A stretch of DNA of 64,000 nucleotides from Eubacteriales bacterium (GTDB lineage Bacteria > Bacillota > Clostridia > Christensenellales > CAG-138): contig DAOTGE010000002.1 of NCBI GenBank assembly GCA_035446965.1, forward strand, positions 12,715 to 76,714, given 5' to 3'. The position numbers and the translations under genes are program-made. This document shows, one piece after another, positions 9,423-18,362 of this stretch; position 1 is the first letter of the stretch; each line of letters starts with the position of its first letter. The notes below the pieces were generated by a model that saw nothing but the letters and a program-made list of their open reading frames with translations, did no database searches and was not told where the DNA came from.

Positions 9423-10840
9423 CGGCGTGGCTGAAAAAGAACTGCGGCAGCGAGGTTAACCCCGTTTGGTTTGCAAAGATGGCCGCCAGCCTGGTTGTGC
9501 CGGCGCTCATCATGCTGCTGCGTCCTCTCGGCATGGATTTTCGCCAGAGCGCGACCGTTGCGGGCGTGCTCCTGGTGATTATCTGGTGGACGACGAACAT
9601 CGTAAAAAAAATTCCGGCGTCTCTGTTTTTGCTGCTGTGGTTCTGCGTCTTTTCGGGCGCGCCCGCAAAGACGATCTTTACGTTTCCGCTCGGCGAGACG
9701 TTTCTGATGCTGGTGATTACGTATCTGTTCAGCCAGGCGATCAGCAACTGCGGGCTTGTCAGCCGCGTGCTGCTGCCGATGCTGATTCGCTTTGCGAATA
9801 CGTCGTTTAAAAGCCTCCTGGCCATCATCTTCTCGTTTTGCCTGACGATGTATGTAATTCCCCAGCCGATGGCGAGGCTGGTATTGGTCGCGGTGGTGTT
9901 CGACAGCTTCCTTGCGCAGACTACGATCAAAAAGGAAACCCGGCAGGTGCTCATGTACGCGGTGTTCGTGTTTTACGCGATTGTGAACATCGCCTGCAAG
10001 GATGCGGACATGATCATGAACTATGTGGCCGTCAGTTCCTCCGGCGTTGCAATCAGCAACTGGGAGTGGACGAAGGCGATGGCAATTCCGACGGTCGCGT
10101 ATGCAGCCGTCGTGCTCGCGCTATTCTGGTTCGTCTTCCGAAAGGAGCTGCGCGGCGTGCATTTTACGTCCGCGCCCGGCGCGGGGGAAACGCAGCGCGG
10201 GTTTTCGCGCAGCGAACTTCCGCCGGTGATCGTAATCGCCGCAACCGTCGTGCTCTGGATGACGAGCGGGCTTTGGGGCAGCAATATCCGCCTGTTCGGA
10301 TATATCTCCGTCAACACGCTGATTACGATTGCGGCGACGGTTGTGCTGTTTATCATGGGGACGCTGACGAAAAAGGACTTCGGTGCGATCGACGTTGTCA
10401 CGCTGATCTTTCTGGCCGCGGCGTTCGCAATCGGCGGCGTGCTCAAAGCCTGCGGCGCGGCGGACATCGTATTCGGGCAGTTTTCCGGGATTTTTCCGGA
10501 CCACTTCTCGGTCTGGAGCCTTATGCTGATGGTGCTGGTCGGGATGCTGCTGCATATGGTGCTCGGCAGCAACACGACGACGCTTTCCGTAATCGTGCCC
10601 GGGCTCATCGTGCTTTGCGGCGCGCTGGTTAGCCCGGAGGTCGTTGTGTATACCTCGATCATCAGCGTTGCCTTCCATGCGATTCTGCCGTTCCATTCGG
10701 TCAGCGTGATGGTCGGCACCAGCAGCGGATATTTCCCCAGCAAGTACGTTGCGCGCCTGGGCATTCCCGTTACGCCGCTGATCTTCCTTTCTGCGGCGCT
10801 GATCTACCTGCCGTACTGGCGGCTGATCGGACTCCTGTAA
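9419..10840 (+). CDS. Anion permease (ArsB/NhaD - DASS/SLC13 superfamily-like)
   Basis: 473-aa protein with about 12 TM segments and a two-halves architecture. Translationally coupled to the aroA-like gene. The family call is from overall topology and composition only. Confidence 0.6.
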   Translation: MTAWLKKNCGSEVNPVWFAKMAASLVVPALIMLLRPLGMDFRQSATVAGVLLVIIWWTTNIVKKIPASLFLLLWFCVFSGAPAKTIFTFPLGETFLMLVITYLFSQAISNCGLVSRVLLPMLIRFANTSFKSLLAIIFSFCLTMYVIPQPMARLVLVAVVFDSFLAQTTIKKETRQVLMYAVFVFYAIVNIACKDADMIMNYVAVSSSGVAISNWEWTKAMAIPTVAYAAVVLALFWFVFRKELRGVHFTSAPGAGETQRGFSRSELPPVIVIAATVVLWMTSGLWGSNIRLFGYISVNTLITIAATVVLFIMGTLTKKDFGAIDVVTLIFLAAAFAIGGVLKACGAADIVFGQFSGIFPDHFSVWSLMLMVLVGMLLHMVLGSNTTTLSVIVPGLIVLCGALVSPEVVVYTSIISVAFHAILPFHSVSVMVGTSSGYFPSKYVARLGIPVTPLIFLSAALIYLPYWRLIGLL

Positions 10841-10889
10841 GGCGAAAACTTCCGCAGAGAAAAACAGGAACCTCCTTTTGGGTCGGCAT

Positions 10890-10926
10890 AAAAAGAACCG
10901 GACGCAGAAATGCGTCCGGTTCTTTG
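10890..10926. terminator. Bidirectional intrinsic terminator
   Basis: AAAAA-GAACCGGACGCA-gaaa-TGCGTCCGGTTC-TTT. 12-bp perfect stem between convergent genes. Confidence 0.8.
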
Positions 10927-10978
10927 CAGCTTGCAGCTTCGCAGTTTTTTTGAAGGGCTGTCTTTGCGAGAGCGCTTT

Positions 10979-11233
10979 TCAGCGCTTGCCGGCGATCAGC
11001 CTGCTTAAAAAGATCAGCAGGCAGGCGCCGCCGATGGCGATCAGAAATCCGCCGATCGACCATACGTTGCCGGAGCCGATGCCGATCCAGCTGGCCAGCC
11101 ACCCGCCGAGCACGCTGCCCGCGATGCCGACGATGATGTTGCGCAGCAGCCCGCCTTTGCCGTGCATGATTTTGCTTGCGATCCAGCCGACCAGCGCACC
11201 GATGAGAAGCCATCCGATTACATGCCAGAACAT
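10979..11233 (-). CDS. GlsB/YeaQ/YmgE family stress-response membrane protein
   Basis: 84 aa with GWLLIGALVGWIASKIM...IIVGIAGSVLGGWLASWIG glycine-zipper helices characteristic of the family. Confidence 0.85.
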   Translation of the reverse strand: MFWHVIGWLLIGALVGWIASKIMHGKGGLLRNIIVGIAGSVLGGWLASWIGIGSGNVWSIGGFLIAIGGACLLIFLSRLIAGKR

Positions 11234-11276
11234 ATCTGTTTTCTCCTTTCCGTGTGTACCATGTTAGTAATTGTGA

Positions 11277-11837
11277 TCAGGGATTATGCATATTTTCGTC
11301 CGGCGGGGCGCTTGCTTCCGCCTCCGTTTGTATCTGTGCGGTTTTCTTTTTGAACAGAACCCGGAAAATGATGTTCGCAACCGCGGCAATCGCCGGGCCG
11401 ATGATCACGCCCGCGCCGCCGAAGGCAAGAAGCCCTCCAACCGAGGCCAGCAGGGTAATCCAAGGCGAAAGGCCAATGTTCCGGCCCGTAATAATCGGGT
11501 CGAGAACCATCCGCAGCACGACCATGGCAATGTAGGTTGCGGCTACGGTAATAGCCATAGGCGTGTTGTGAAAGAGCAGTGCGGCAATCGCCCACGGCAC
11601 AAAAACGACGCCGGAGCCGATGACGGGCAGCAGGTCGAGCAGGCATACCCCAAGCGCAATCAGCGGCGACCACCATTTCATGCCCGCGACGATCATGCCG
11701 GCCGTAACCACGCAGAAGTTCACGCCAAATAGGATGACCTGTGCCTTGCCGAAGCCGAGCGCGGCGGAGCCGATTGCTTTGAGCACGGCTAAAAACCGGT
11801 TTTCTTTTTTTGCTTTGTTTTGTTCCATTGGTTGCAT
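11277..11837 (-). CDS. Half-size AI-2E (PerM/YtvI) family transporter-like membrane protein
   Basis: 186 aa matching only the C-terminal half of AI-2E transporters (LLDLLPVIGSGVVFVPWAI...VLDPIITGRNIGLSPWITL...GGAGVIIGP). Confidence 0.55.
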   Translation of the reverse strand: MQPMEQNKAKKENRFLAVLKAIGSAALGFGKAQVILFGVNFCVVTAGMIVAGMKWWSPLIALGVCLLDLLPVIGSGVVFVPWAIAALLFHNTPMAITVAATYIAMVVLRMVLDPIITGRNIGLSPWITLLASVGGLLAFGGAGVIIGPAIAAVANIIFRVLFKKKTAQIQTEAEASAPPDENMHNP

Positions 11838-11900
11838 TATACCCGAAAGCGGCGCACCGGCACAAGTGTGCAGACTGGCAGCGCCGGACGTTGCCGATAT

Positions 11901-11931
11901 GCTGAAGGCGGGCCGCCGGCCCGCCTTCAGC
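11901..11931 (-). terminator. Strong hairpin downstream of the bceB-like gene (no clear U-tract)
   Basis: GCTGAAGGCGGGC-cgccg-GCCCGCCTTCAGC. 13-bp perfect stem. Confidence 0.4.
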
Positions 11932-11952
11932 GTATACGATGCCGCGTATTTT

Positions 11953-13677
11953 TTATCGCTTGACGATGCGGTAATAGGTGCGCGAGGTCAACCGGTAAAT
12001 GCCGAAGTAGAGGAACGCGAACACGAGCAGCGTTCCGCCGATGCAGCAAAGCACGAGGCTCCAGTCATAGAGCATAAACGATCTGAGCATGCGCGCCATA
12101 ATCCGCGAAGCGAACACCATATGCAGCGCGGTTGCGCCCAGCGGCAGGAAAAACACCCAGAGGACCTGCCGGTTGATCGTGTGCCGGACCTGGCGGTCGT
12201 CCATACCGACCTGCTGGAGGATGGAGAAACGCTCCTTGTCCTCATACCCTTCGGTGATTTGTTTGAAGTAGAGAATCAGGACCGCCACCGCAAGGAACAG
12301 GATTGCGAAGAATGCACCGAGAAACAGCAGCCCGCCGTAGAAACCGTAGCCTTCTTCCCGCGCGGTATAAAAGTCTGAAACGATGAGGTTCGGTGTTTCG
12401 CTGAACGAGGAAGCATAGTGGTCGCGTATCGCCTGTATGAAGGAAACGCAGTCCGCCTCCGTTCCGGCTATATCGAACCGGAAGCTCCCGTCAAAAAAGA
12501 TCAGCGTCGGGACGCCGACAAACGCGCTGTCCGTCCATACAAAGTTGTTGCGGCGGTATTCTTCTCCTTCCGGCAGTTCGGTGATGAGCTTGCTTTTGTC
12601 GGCGGAGAGCGTAACGTTGTTTTCGGCGGCGAGGGACTGCAGCGCCGCGTCGTAGGCGACGATTTGTTCCTCGGTCGCGTCGTCGGGCACGTATACCTGC
12701 GCGTCGAACGGGTACATGCTGCGCGTCATTTCCTCCCGGCCGAGATAGAGCGAAAGCGTGCCGGAGACCGTGACGACCAGCATGGTCGAAAGGATGCAGA
12801 TCGTCGCAAGCCCGCGTGCGTTCTGCCGCATGCGGTGGAACATGCCGGAGATGGTAACGAAGTGGTCCGGTTTGTAGTACAGGCTTTTTTTCAGCCGCAG
12901 CAGCCGCAGAACCACGATGCTTCCGCAAAGGAAGAGCAGATACGTTGCAAGGATGACCACGATTGCCAGCGGGAAAAACACGCCGAGCGCCAGGCCGGGG
13001 ATATCGATCGTCCACGCGAAATAGTATGCGCCGCCCAGGAGGACAAGACCGAGGACCGCCAGCGGCAGAAGTCCTTTTTTGTCCTTTTCGCCGCGTTTTT
13101 CACTTGAAAGCAGCACGATGGGGTTCGCCGTATGCACACGCACAAGGTTGGCGACGGACGTGACGAAAAAGATCACGAAAAACAGACCGAACAGCAGTGC
13201 ATACGCAACCGGCGCAAGGGAAAAACTGCTGCCGGGCACTGCGTGGATCAGCTGGATGAGCGCAAGGAACAGCAGCCGCCCGAAAACCAGCGCAATCACG
13301 ACGCCGCAGGCGAGCCCGCCGCCCATGACGAACAGGTTTTCCCAGAGGAGCACGCGGCCGATGTTGCGTTTGTCGAGCCCAAGGATGCCGTAGAGCCCGA
13401 ATTCCCGCTTTCTGCGCTTGATAAGGAAGTTGTTGATGTAGAGCATAAAGGCAAAGGTAAACAGCGCGTATACGACAAGCCCGAAACCAAACATCATCGT
13501 CGCGGTCCTGCCGGAGGGCGTGTTGGTCAGGCTGTCGGAAAACAGCAGTCCGGCGATCAGCAGGAATACGCCGCTCATCACCGCCGTTGCGATGAGATAC
13601 GGCAGGTACGTCAGCTTGTTTCGGCGCACGTTGCTCAGCGCAAGCCGAAAATAGAAGAACTTATGCAATGTCTCCAC
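11953..13677 (-). CDS. BceB-type ABC transporter permease (FtsX-like, 10 TM with a large extracellular loop)
   Basis: FRLALSNVRRNKLTYLPYLIA N-terminus, two FtsX repeats and a loop of about 200 aa. The start is ambiguous (GTG at 13677 or TTG at 13668) and overlaps the ATPase stop. Confidence 0.85.
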   Translation of the reverse strand: METLHKFFYFRLALSNVRRNKLTYLPYLIATAVMSGVFLLIAGLLFSDSLTNTPSGRTATMMFGFGLVVYALFTFAFMLYINNFLIKRRKREFGLYGILGLDKRNIGRVLLWENLFVMGGGLACGVVIALVFGRLLFLALIQLIHAVPGSSFSLAPVAYALLFGLFFVIFFVTSVANLVRVHTANPIVLLSSEKRGEKDKKGLLPLAVLGLVLLGGAYYFAWTIDIPGLALGVFFPLAIVVILATYLLFLCGSIVVLRLLRLKKSLYYKPDHFVTISGMFHRMRQNARGLATICILSTMLVVTVSGTLSLYLGREEMTRSMYPFDAQVYVPDDATEEQIVAYDAALQSLAAENNVTLSADKSKLITELPEGEEYRRNNFVWTDSAFVGVPTLIFFDGSFRFDIAGTEADCVSFIQAIRDHYASSFSETPNLIVSDFYTAREEGYGFYGGLLFLGAFFAILFLAVAVLILYFKQITEGYEDKERFSILQQVGMDDRQVRHTINRQVLWVFFLPLGATALHMVFASRIMARMLRSFMLYDWSLVLCCIGGTLLVFAFLYFGIYRLTSRTYYRIVKR

Positions 13678-14422
13678 CCCCGAGAATCGAAAGGTTGGAT
13701 ACAATGCGCTCAAAGAACGCGCGGTTCGTTTCGTCCCCTCGGTAAAGCTGGGAAAACAGCGATCCGTCGGAGATGAACAGCACGCGGGATGCATAGCTCG
13801 CCGCCATGGCGCTGTGCGTGACCATCAGAATCGTTTTGCCGAGTGCGTGCAGGTCCGAAAACTGAGACAGAAGGCTTGCGGAAGCTTTGCTGTCCAGCGC
13901 GCCGGTGGGCTCGTCCGCAAGCAGGATGCGCGGGTCGGTGATCACCGCGCGCGCGATGGCCGCGCGCTGTTTTTCGCCGCCGCTGACCTCATAGGGATAC
14001 TTGTTGAGCAACTGGGTGATGCCGAGCTGCCGTGCGATCGGCATGAGCCGCGCTTCCATTTCGCTCACGGGTGTTTGCATGAGCACGAGCGGCAGAAGGA
14101 TGTTGTCCTTGAGCGAGAAGGTGTCCAGCAGGTTGAAATCCTGAAATACAAAACCGAGGTGCCTGCGCCGGAATTCCGAAAGGCCGCGGTCCGGAATCGA
14201 CGAAAAGCTTACGCCGTCGAGCAGCACGTCCCCGCTCGTGGGCTTGTCCAGCGAAGCGAGGATGTTGAGCAGCGTGGTTTTGCCGCTGCCGCTCGCGCCC
14301 ATGATGGCGACGAATTCGCCCTCGATCACTTCAAAGCCGACGTTGCGCAGCGCCACGCACTGACGCATGCCGAGCTTTGTATTATAAATTTTGCCGAGTC
14401 CTTTTACCTGTAAAAGAGCCAT
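13661..14422 (-). CDS. BceA-type ABC transporter ATP-binding protein
   Basis: Walker A GASGSGKTTLLN, signature VSGGEKQRAAIARA, Walker B ILLADEPTGALD. Confidence 0.9.
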   Translation of the reverse strand: MALLQVKGLGKIYNTKLGMRQCVALRNVGFEVIEGEFVAIMGASGSGKTTLLNILASLDKPTSGDVLLDGVSFSSIPDRGLSEFRRRHLGFVFQDFNLLDTFSLKDNILLPLVLMQTPVSEMEARLMPIARQLGITQLLNKYPYEVSGGEKQRAAIARAVITDPRILLADEPTGALDSKASASLLSQFSDLHALGKTILMVTHSAMAASYASRVLFISDGSLFSQLYRGDETNRAFFERIVSNLSILGGGDIA

Positions 14423-14456
14423 GTTTCGTCCTCCATAATGATCTTATGATACGGAC

Positions 14457-14522
14457 ATTCTACAAAAAACGGAGACCGCCGAGCCATCGAACGGCCTTAC
14501 GATCCTCCGCATAATCCTTACG
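14457..14522 (-). promoter_or_regulatory. Candidate response-regulator-dependent promoter of the ABC genes
   Basis: On the minus strand, the direct repeat CGTAAGG appears twice with 21-nt periodicity (14495-14501 and 14516-14522 on the plus strand). It lies upstream of a TAGAAT -10 (14457-14462). Confidence 0.35.
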
Positions 14523-14528
14523 CTTTTG

Positions 14529-15518
14529 TCACATCTGCATGAATTCGTCCCGCACCGGAAAGCGCAGAAAGACGCGTGTGCCGTGCCCCGGTTCGGATTC
14601 CACGCGCACGCGGATGCCAAGCGCGTCCGCCGCGCGTTTGACGAGATAGAGCCCGATGCCGCTTGCGCGGTTGTCCATCCGCCCGTTATAGCCCGTGTAT
14701 CCTTTTTCAAAGATGCGGGGCAAATCCTCCTTGCGGATGCCGATGCCGGTGTCGCTTACCACGAGCGCGCCGTTTTCCATATAGATATGCACGCCGCCGG
14801 CATGCGTATACTTGACGCTGTTGGAGAGGAGCTGCTCAAGAATGAAATTGAGCCACATGGGGTCGGAGGGGACCTCGGTGTCCAGCGGATCGATCGTGAC
14901 GGAGAGCTTGCTGTACACAAACAGCAGGGAGTATTTTTTGACCGCTTTCTGCGCGGCTTCGTCCAGATCGCAGAGGCCGACGACGAGGTCGCCTGAAATA
15001 TCGCCGAGCTTGACGAATTTGAGCGCGAGGTCGGCATATTGTTCCACCTTAAAGAGCTCCTGCTTCATTAGGCGCGCGTTTTCGTCGTCCTGCCCGGCGA
15101 GCAGCAGGCGCATTGCGGCGATGGGCGTTTTAATCTGGTGCACCCAGAGCGTGTAATATTCCCGCTGTTCGGCGCTTTCGGCAAGCGCCTCGGCGCGCAG
15201 ACTTTCGCACTGCGCCGAGAGCGCGCAGATTAGCTTGCCGTAGTCCGCCGCGAGCGCGTCGAGCGGCTCCGGCAGTTCGCGCGGCACAAGCTCGGTGCGA
15301 AGGCCGATTTGCCGCAGCTGTCTGCGCCGCCTGCGCCAGCGTGCGCCGTCGGCAAGCAGCACGCAGACGAACGCAAACGAAAGCAGCAGCGTTTCGTATT
15401 TTACGTATTCCGCGTCCTGACCGGCCAGAAAGCCGAGCACGCGGACGATCAGCACCGCGAGCAGGAAGAGGATAATCAGCGCGCGCCGCGCGGACAGATA
15501 CTCAAGAAATCTGCGCAT
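14529..15518 (-). CDS. BceS-type intramembrane-sensing histidine kinase
   Basis: Two N-terminal TM helices with a minimal loop, H-box WVHQIKTPIAAM, and ATPase motifs SDTGIGI and GIGLYLVKR. Confidence 0.85.
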   Translation of the reverse strand: MRRFLEYLSARRALIILFLLAVLIVRVLGFLAGQDAEYVKYETLLLSFAFVCVLLADGARWRRRRRQLRQIGLRTELVPRELPEPLDALAADYGKLICALSAQCESLRAEALAESAEQREYYTLWVHQIKTPIAAMRLLLAGQDDENARLMKQELFKVEQYADLALKFVKLGDISGDLVVGLCDLDEAAQKAVKKYSLLFVYSKLSVTIDPLDTEVPSDPMWLNFILEQLLSNSVKYTHAGGVHIYMENGALVVSDTGIGIRKEDLPRIFEKGYTGYNGRMDNRASGIGLYLVKRAADALGIRVRVESEPGHGTRVFLRFPVRDEFMQM

Positions 15519-16182
15519 CGATGGAATACCCCTGTCCTTTGTGTGTCTTGATGCATTCGCCGAGTCTAGCCCCGGCGAGCGTTTTGCGCAGGCGGTTGAT
15601 GTTGACCGTGAGCGTGTTGTCGTCCACGAATTCGTCGCTGTCCCAGAGCTTGAGCATGAGCGTTTCGCGGCTGACGATCGCCCCGCGTTTCCCCAGCAGC
15701 GTGCCGAGGATACGGCTTTCGTTCTTTGTCAGCTCAACGCGCTTTCCATCCACCAGCAGGCTGGAGGAGGCCGAATCGAACTCCGCGCCGCAAAACCGCA
15801 TGGTCTGCGGCGGTTCGTAGTCGTATGCGCGCCGGAGTACCGCCTGTACTTTGGCGATGAGTAGCTCCGGGTCGACGGGCTTTGCAATGTAATCGTCTCC
15901 GCCCATGCCGACCGCCATCACGACGTCCGCCGTGTCCGAGCGCGAGGAAAGGAACACGATCGGCGCCTTTGATTCCCGGCGGATTTTTTCGCACCAGTAA
16001 TAGCCGTTGTAATACGGCAGGGAGATGTCCATGATTACGAGATGCGGCGAGAGACTTTGAAACGTGCCGAGGACGTCCGAAAAGTCCTCCGCGGCGACCG
16101 CCTCAAACCCCCATTGCCCGAGCGAGCGCATAAGCGCGCCGGCGATCACAGCGTCGTCTTCCACGATCAAAATCCGATACAT
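15502..16182 (-). CDS. OmpR-family response regulator (BceR-like)
   Basis: ILIVEDD and DISLPYYNG receiver motifs, with a winged-helix C-terminus (TVNINRLRKTL). Confidence 0.9.
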   Translation of the reverse strand: MYRILIVEDDAVIAGALMRSLGQWGFEAVAAEDFSDVLGTFQSLSPHLVIMDISLPYYNGYYWCEKIRRESKAPIVFLSSRSDTADVVMAVGMGGDDYIAKPVDPELLIAKVQAVLRRAYDYEPPQTMRFCGAEFDSASSSLLVDGKRVELTKNESRILGTLLGKRGAIVSRETLMLKLWDSDEFVDDNTLTVNINRLRKTLAGARLGECIKTHKGQGYSIDAQIS

Positions 16183-16402
16183 GTTTCAGCGTGTCCTTTC
16201 CAAGCGGGCGTATTAATGTATTAATCATATAATACACTTAATTTGCGTGCACTGCAAGCCGTGAAACGTGCGGCAAAAACCGGCGGGCTTGGCCGCCGCA
16301 CAAGTATACTATATATTTGTCCCGCGCGCATTGACACCCAATCCAATAAAAACTACGATGAGAAGGAAGAATGTACAGAATTTTACAGCGGGAGAGCCGA
16401 GC

Positions 16403-17461
16403 ATGAAGATTTTAATCATCAATCCGGGCGCGACTTCGACCAAGATCGCCGTATACGAAGACGAAGCGGAGGTCTTTTCTGATACCATCCACCACACACA
16501 GGGAGAACTGGCCGGATTCGAGCACGTGATCGATCAGCTTGCGTTCCGCAGGGACCTTGTGATGCGGACGCTGCGCGAACACGGTTTTTCACGGAACGAT
16601 TTTTCCGCGGTGTGCAGCCGCGGGGGACTGCTGAAGCATATCCCGTCCGGCACATACCGCATTTGCGACGCGGTCGTGCGCGACATCTATCATCCGCCGT
16701 ATGGCGAGCATGCGTCCTCGCTCGGGCCCGTGATTGCAAAGGAACTGGCCGACCTTGCGGGAATTCCCGCGTTTCTGGTCGATCCCGTCTCGGTGGACGA
16801 GATGATCCCGCTTGCGCGGGTGTCGGGTCTCAGGGGCATGGAGCGGGAGAGCTTTTTCCACGCGCTCAACCAAAAGGCGGTCGCAAGGAAGGCCGCAGGC
16901 CAGCTCGGCAAAGCCTATGAAGAAGTCAATTTGATCGTCGTGCATATGGGCGGCGGCGTGTCGGTCGCCGCGCACCAAAAAGGCCGCGTGATCGACGTGT
17001 ACAACGTCAAGGACGACGGCAGTTTTTCCATGGACCGCGGCGGCGCGCTGCCGGTCAACGCGCTGGTGAACCTCTGCTTTTCCGGCAAAACCCGGCAGGA
17101 GATTAAAAAACTGCTCGGAACGGAGGCGGGTGTGTTTTCTTATTTAGGAACGCGGGACTTCCGGGAAGTCGAAGCGCGCATGCTCGCGGGCGAGGCCGAA
17201 GCAAAACTGATTTTTGAGGCGATGGCTTATCAGCACGCAAAGGACATCGGCGCGCTGGCGGCGGTGCTGAAATTCGACGTGGACGCAATCGTTCTGACCG
17301 GCGGCATTGCGCATTCCGAACGGTTCTGCGCCGAGATTTCCGGCTATGTGGAAAAGATTGCGCCGATTCTGCGCATCCCCGGAGAGGAAGAAATGCGTTC
17401 GCTGGCGGAGGGCGCGCTGCGCGTGCTGCGCGGCGAACCGGCAAAGGAGTATGAAGCATGA
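16403..17461 (+). CDS. buk: Butyrate (short/branched-chain acyl) kinase
   Basis: MKILIINPGATSTKIAVYEDE N-terminus and ASKHA fold motifs. Start set at the ATG at 16403 after GGGAGAG. The ORF-track start at 16268 is an upstream extension through the promoter. Confidence 0.9.
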   Translation: MKILIINPGATSTKIAVYEDEAEVFSDTIHHTQGELAGFEHVIDQLAFRRDLVMRTLREHGFSRNDFSAVCSRGGLLKHIPSGTYRICDAVVRDIYHPPYGEHASSLGPVIAKELADLAGIPAFLVDPVSVDEMIPLARVSGLRGMERESFFHALNQKAVARKAAGQLGKAYEEVNLIVVHMGGGVSVAAHQKGRVIDVYNVKDDGSFSMDRGGALPVNALVNLCFSGKTRQEIKKLLGTEAGVFSYLGTRDFREVEARMLAGEAEAKLIFEAMAYQHAKDIGALAAVLKFDVDAIVLTGGIAHSERFCAEISGYVEKIAPILRIPGEEEMRSLAEGALRVLRGEPAKEYEA

Positions 17462-18360
17462 GGCACACGTTGGGCGAAATCATCGCGCATGCGCAGGGCA
17501 TGCAGATGCGCGTCGCAGTTGCGGCGGCGCAGGATCGCGACGTGCTCGGCGCGCTGGCGATGGCGCGGCAGAAGGGCATCTGCAGCGCGACGCTGTTCGG
17601 CGACGAAGCGCGCATCCGCGCAATCCTGAAGGAGCAAAACGCCGACGAACGCGGATTCACGATCGTCGAACCGGAGGACGGGAGCGGCGAAGCCTGCGCG
17701 CGCGCGGCGATATCCGCCGTCGTAAGCGGCGAAGCGGACTTCCTGATGAAGGGGATCCTCAGCACGGGCGACCTGCTGCGGCATGTGGTGCGCTCCCCGC
17801 TTGTAACGGGCCGGCTGCTTTCGCATGTGATGCTCTTTGAACTGCCTTCTTACGGAAAACTGCTGTTCAATACGGACGGCGGAATGAACCCGCTGCCTGA
17901 TCTGGAACACAAAAAAGCCATCCTTGAAAACGCCGCCGGGCTGCTGAAACTGCTCGGCTACGAGGAGATCATCGCGGCCTGTATAAGCGGCAGCGAGTCT
18001 GTGAGCGAGAAAATTCCTTCCACGACGGACGCAAAAGCGCTCGCACAAATGGACTGGATGCGGTACAATATGACTGTTTATGGTCCGGTCGGGCTGGACC
18101 TCGCTATCAGCGAGGAAGCCTGCCGGCATAAAAAATATACCGCCCCGGGAGGCGGCCGCGCGGACATCCTGCTCATGCCGAACTACGAAACGGGCAATTG
18201 CTTCGGAAAAGCACTGACCTATTTTGCGGGTGCGTGCTCGGCGGGCATCGTGGTCGGCGCGCGCTGTCCCATCGTGCTGGTTTCGCGCGCGGACCCGGCG
18301 GAAACGAAATTAACGTCCCTCGCGCTCGGCGCGATCGCGGCGAAAGGAGGCAAAGGATAA
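17458..18360 (+). CDS. ptb: Phosphate butyryltransferase
   Basis: About 300-aa PTA/PTB family protein (RVAVAAAQDRDVLGAL, ADFLMKG, PNYETGNCFGK). Its ATGA overlaps the buk stop. Confidence 0.85.
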   Translation: MRHTLGEIIAHAQGMQMRVAVAAAQDRDVLGALAMARQKGICSATLFGDEARIRAILKEQNADERGFTIVEPEDGSGEACARAAISAVVSGEADFLMKGILSTGDLLRHVVRSPLVTGRLLSHVMLFELPSYGKLLFNTDGGMNPLPDLEHKKAILENAAGLLKLLGYEEIIAACISGSESVSEKIPSTTDAKALAQMDWMRYNMTVYGPVGLDLAISEEACRHKKYTAPGGGRADILLMPNYETGNCFGKALTYFAGACSAGIVVGARCPIVLVSRADPAETKLTSLALGAIAAKGGKG

Positions 18361-18362
18361 AA

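Noticed and set aside
18198-18362. N-terminal extensions offered by the ORF track: iorA from 18198, buk from 16268, aroA from 8064, iorB from 19916, aminotransferase from 20700, ugd from 55201, tetR to 43747, msrAB to 32824, GT2 from 44348 and 50668, and the CDP-alcohol transferase from 57497.
   Set aside because: Each extension overlaps the preceding gene or a promoter and lacks homology-like sequence. In each case an internal start with a good Shine-Dalgarno sequence matches the canonical family N-terminus.
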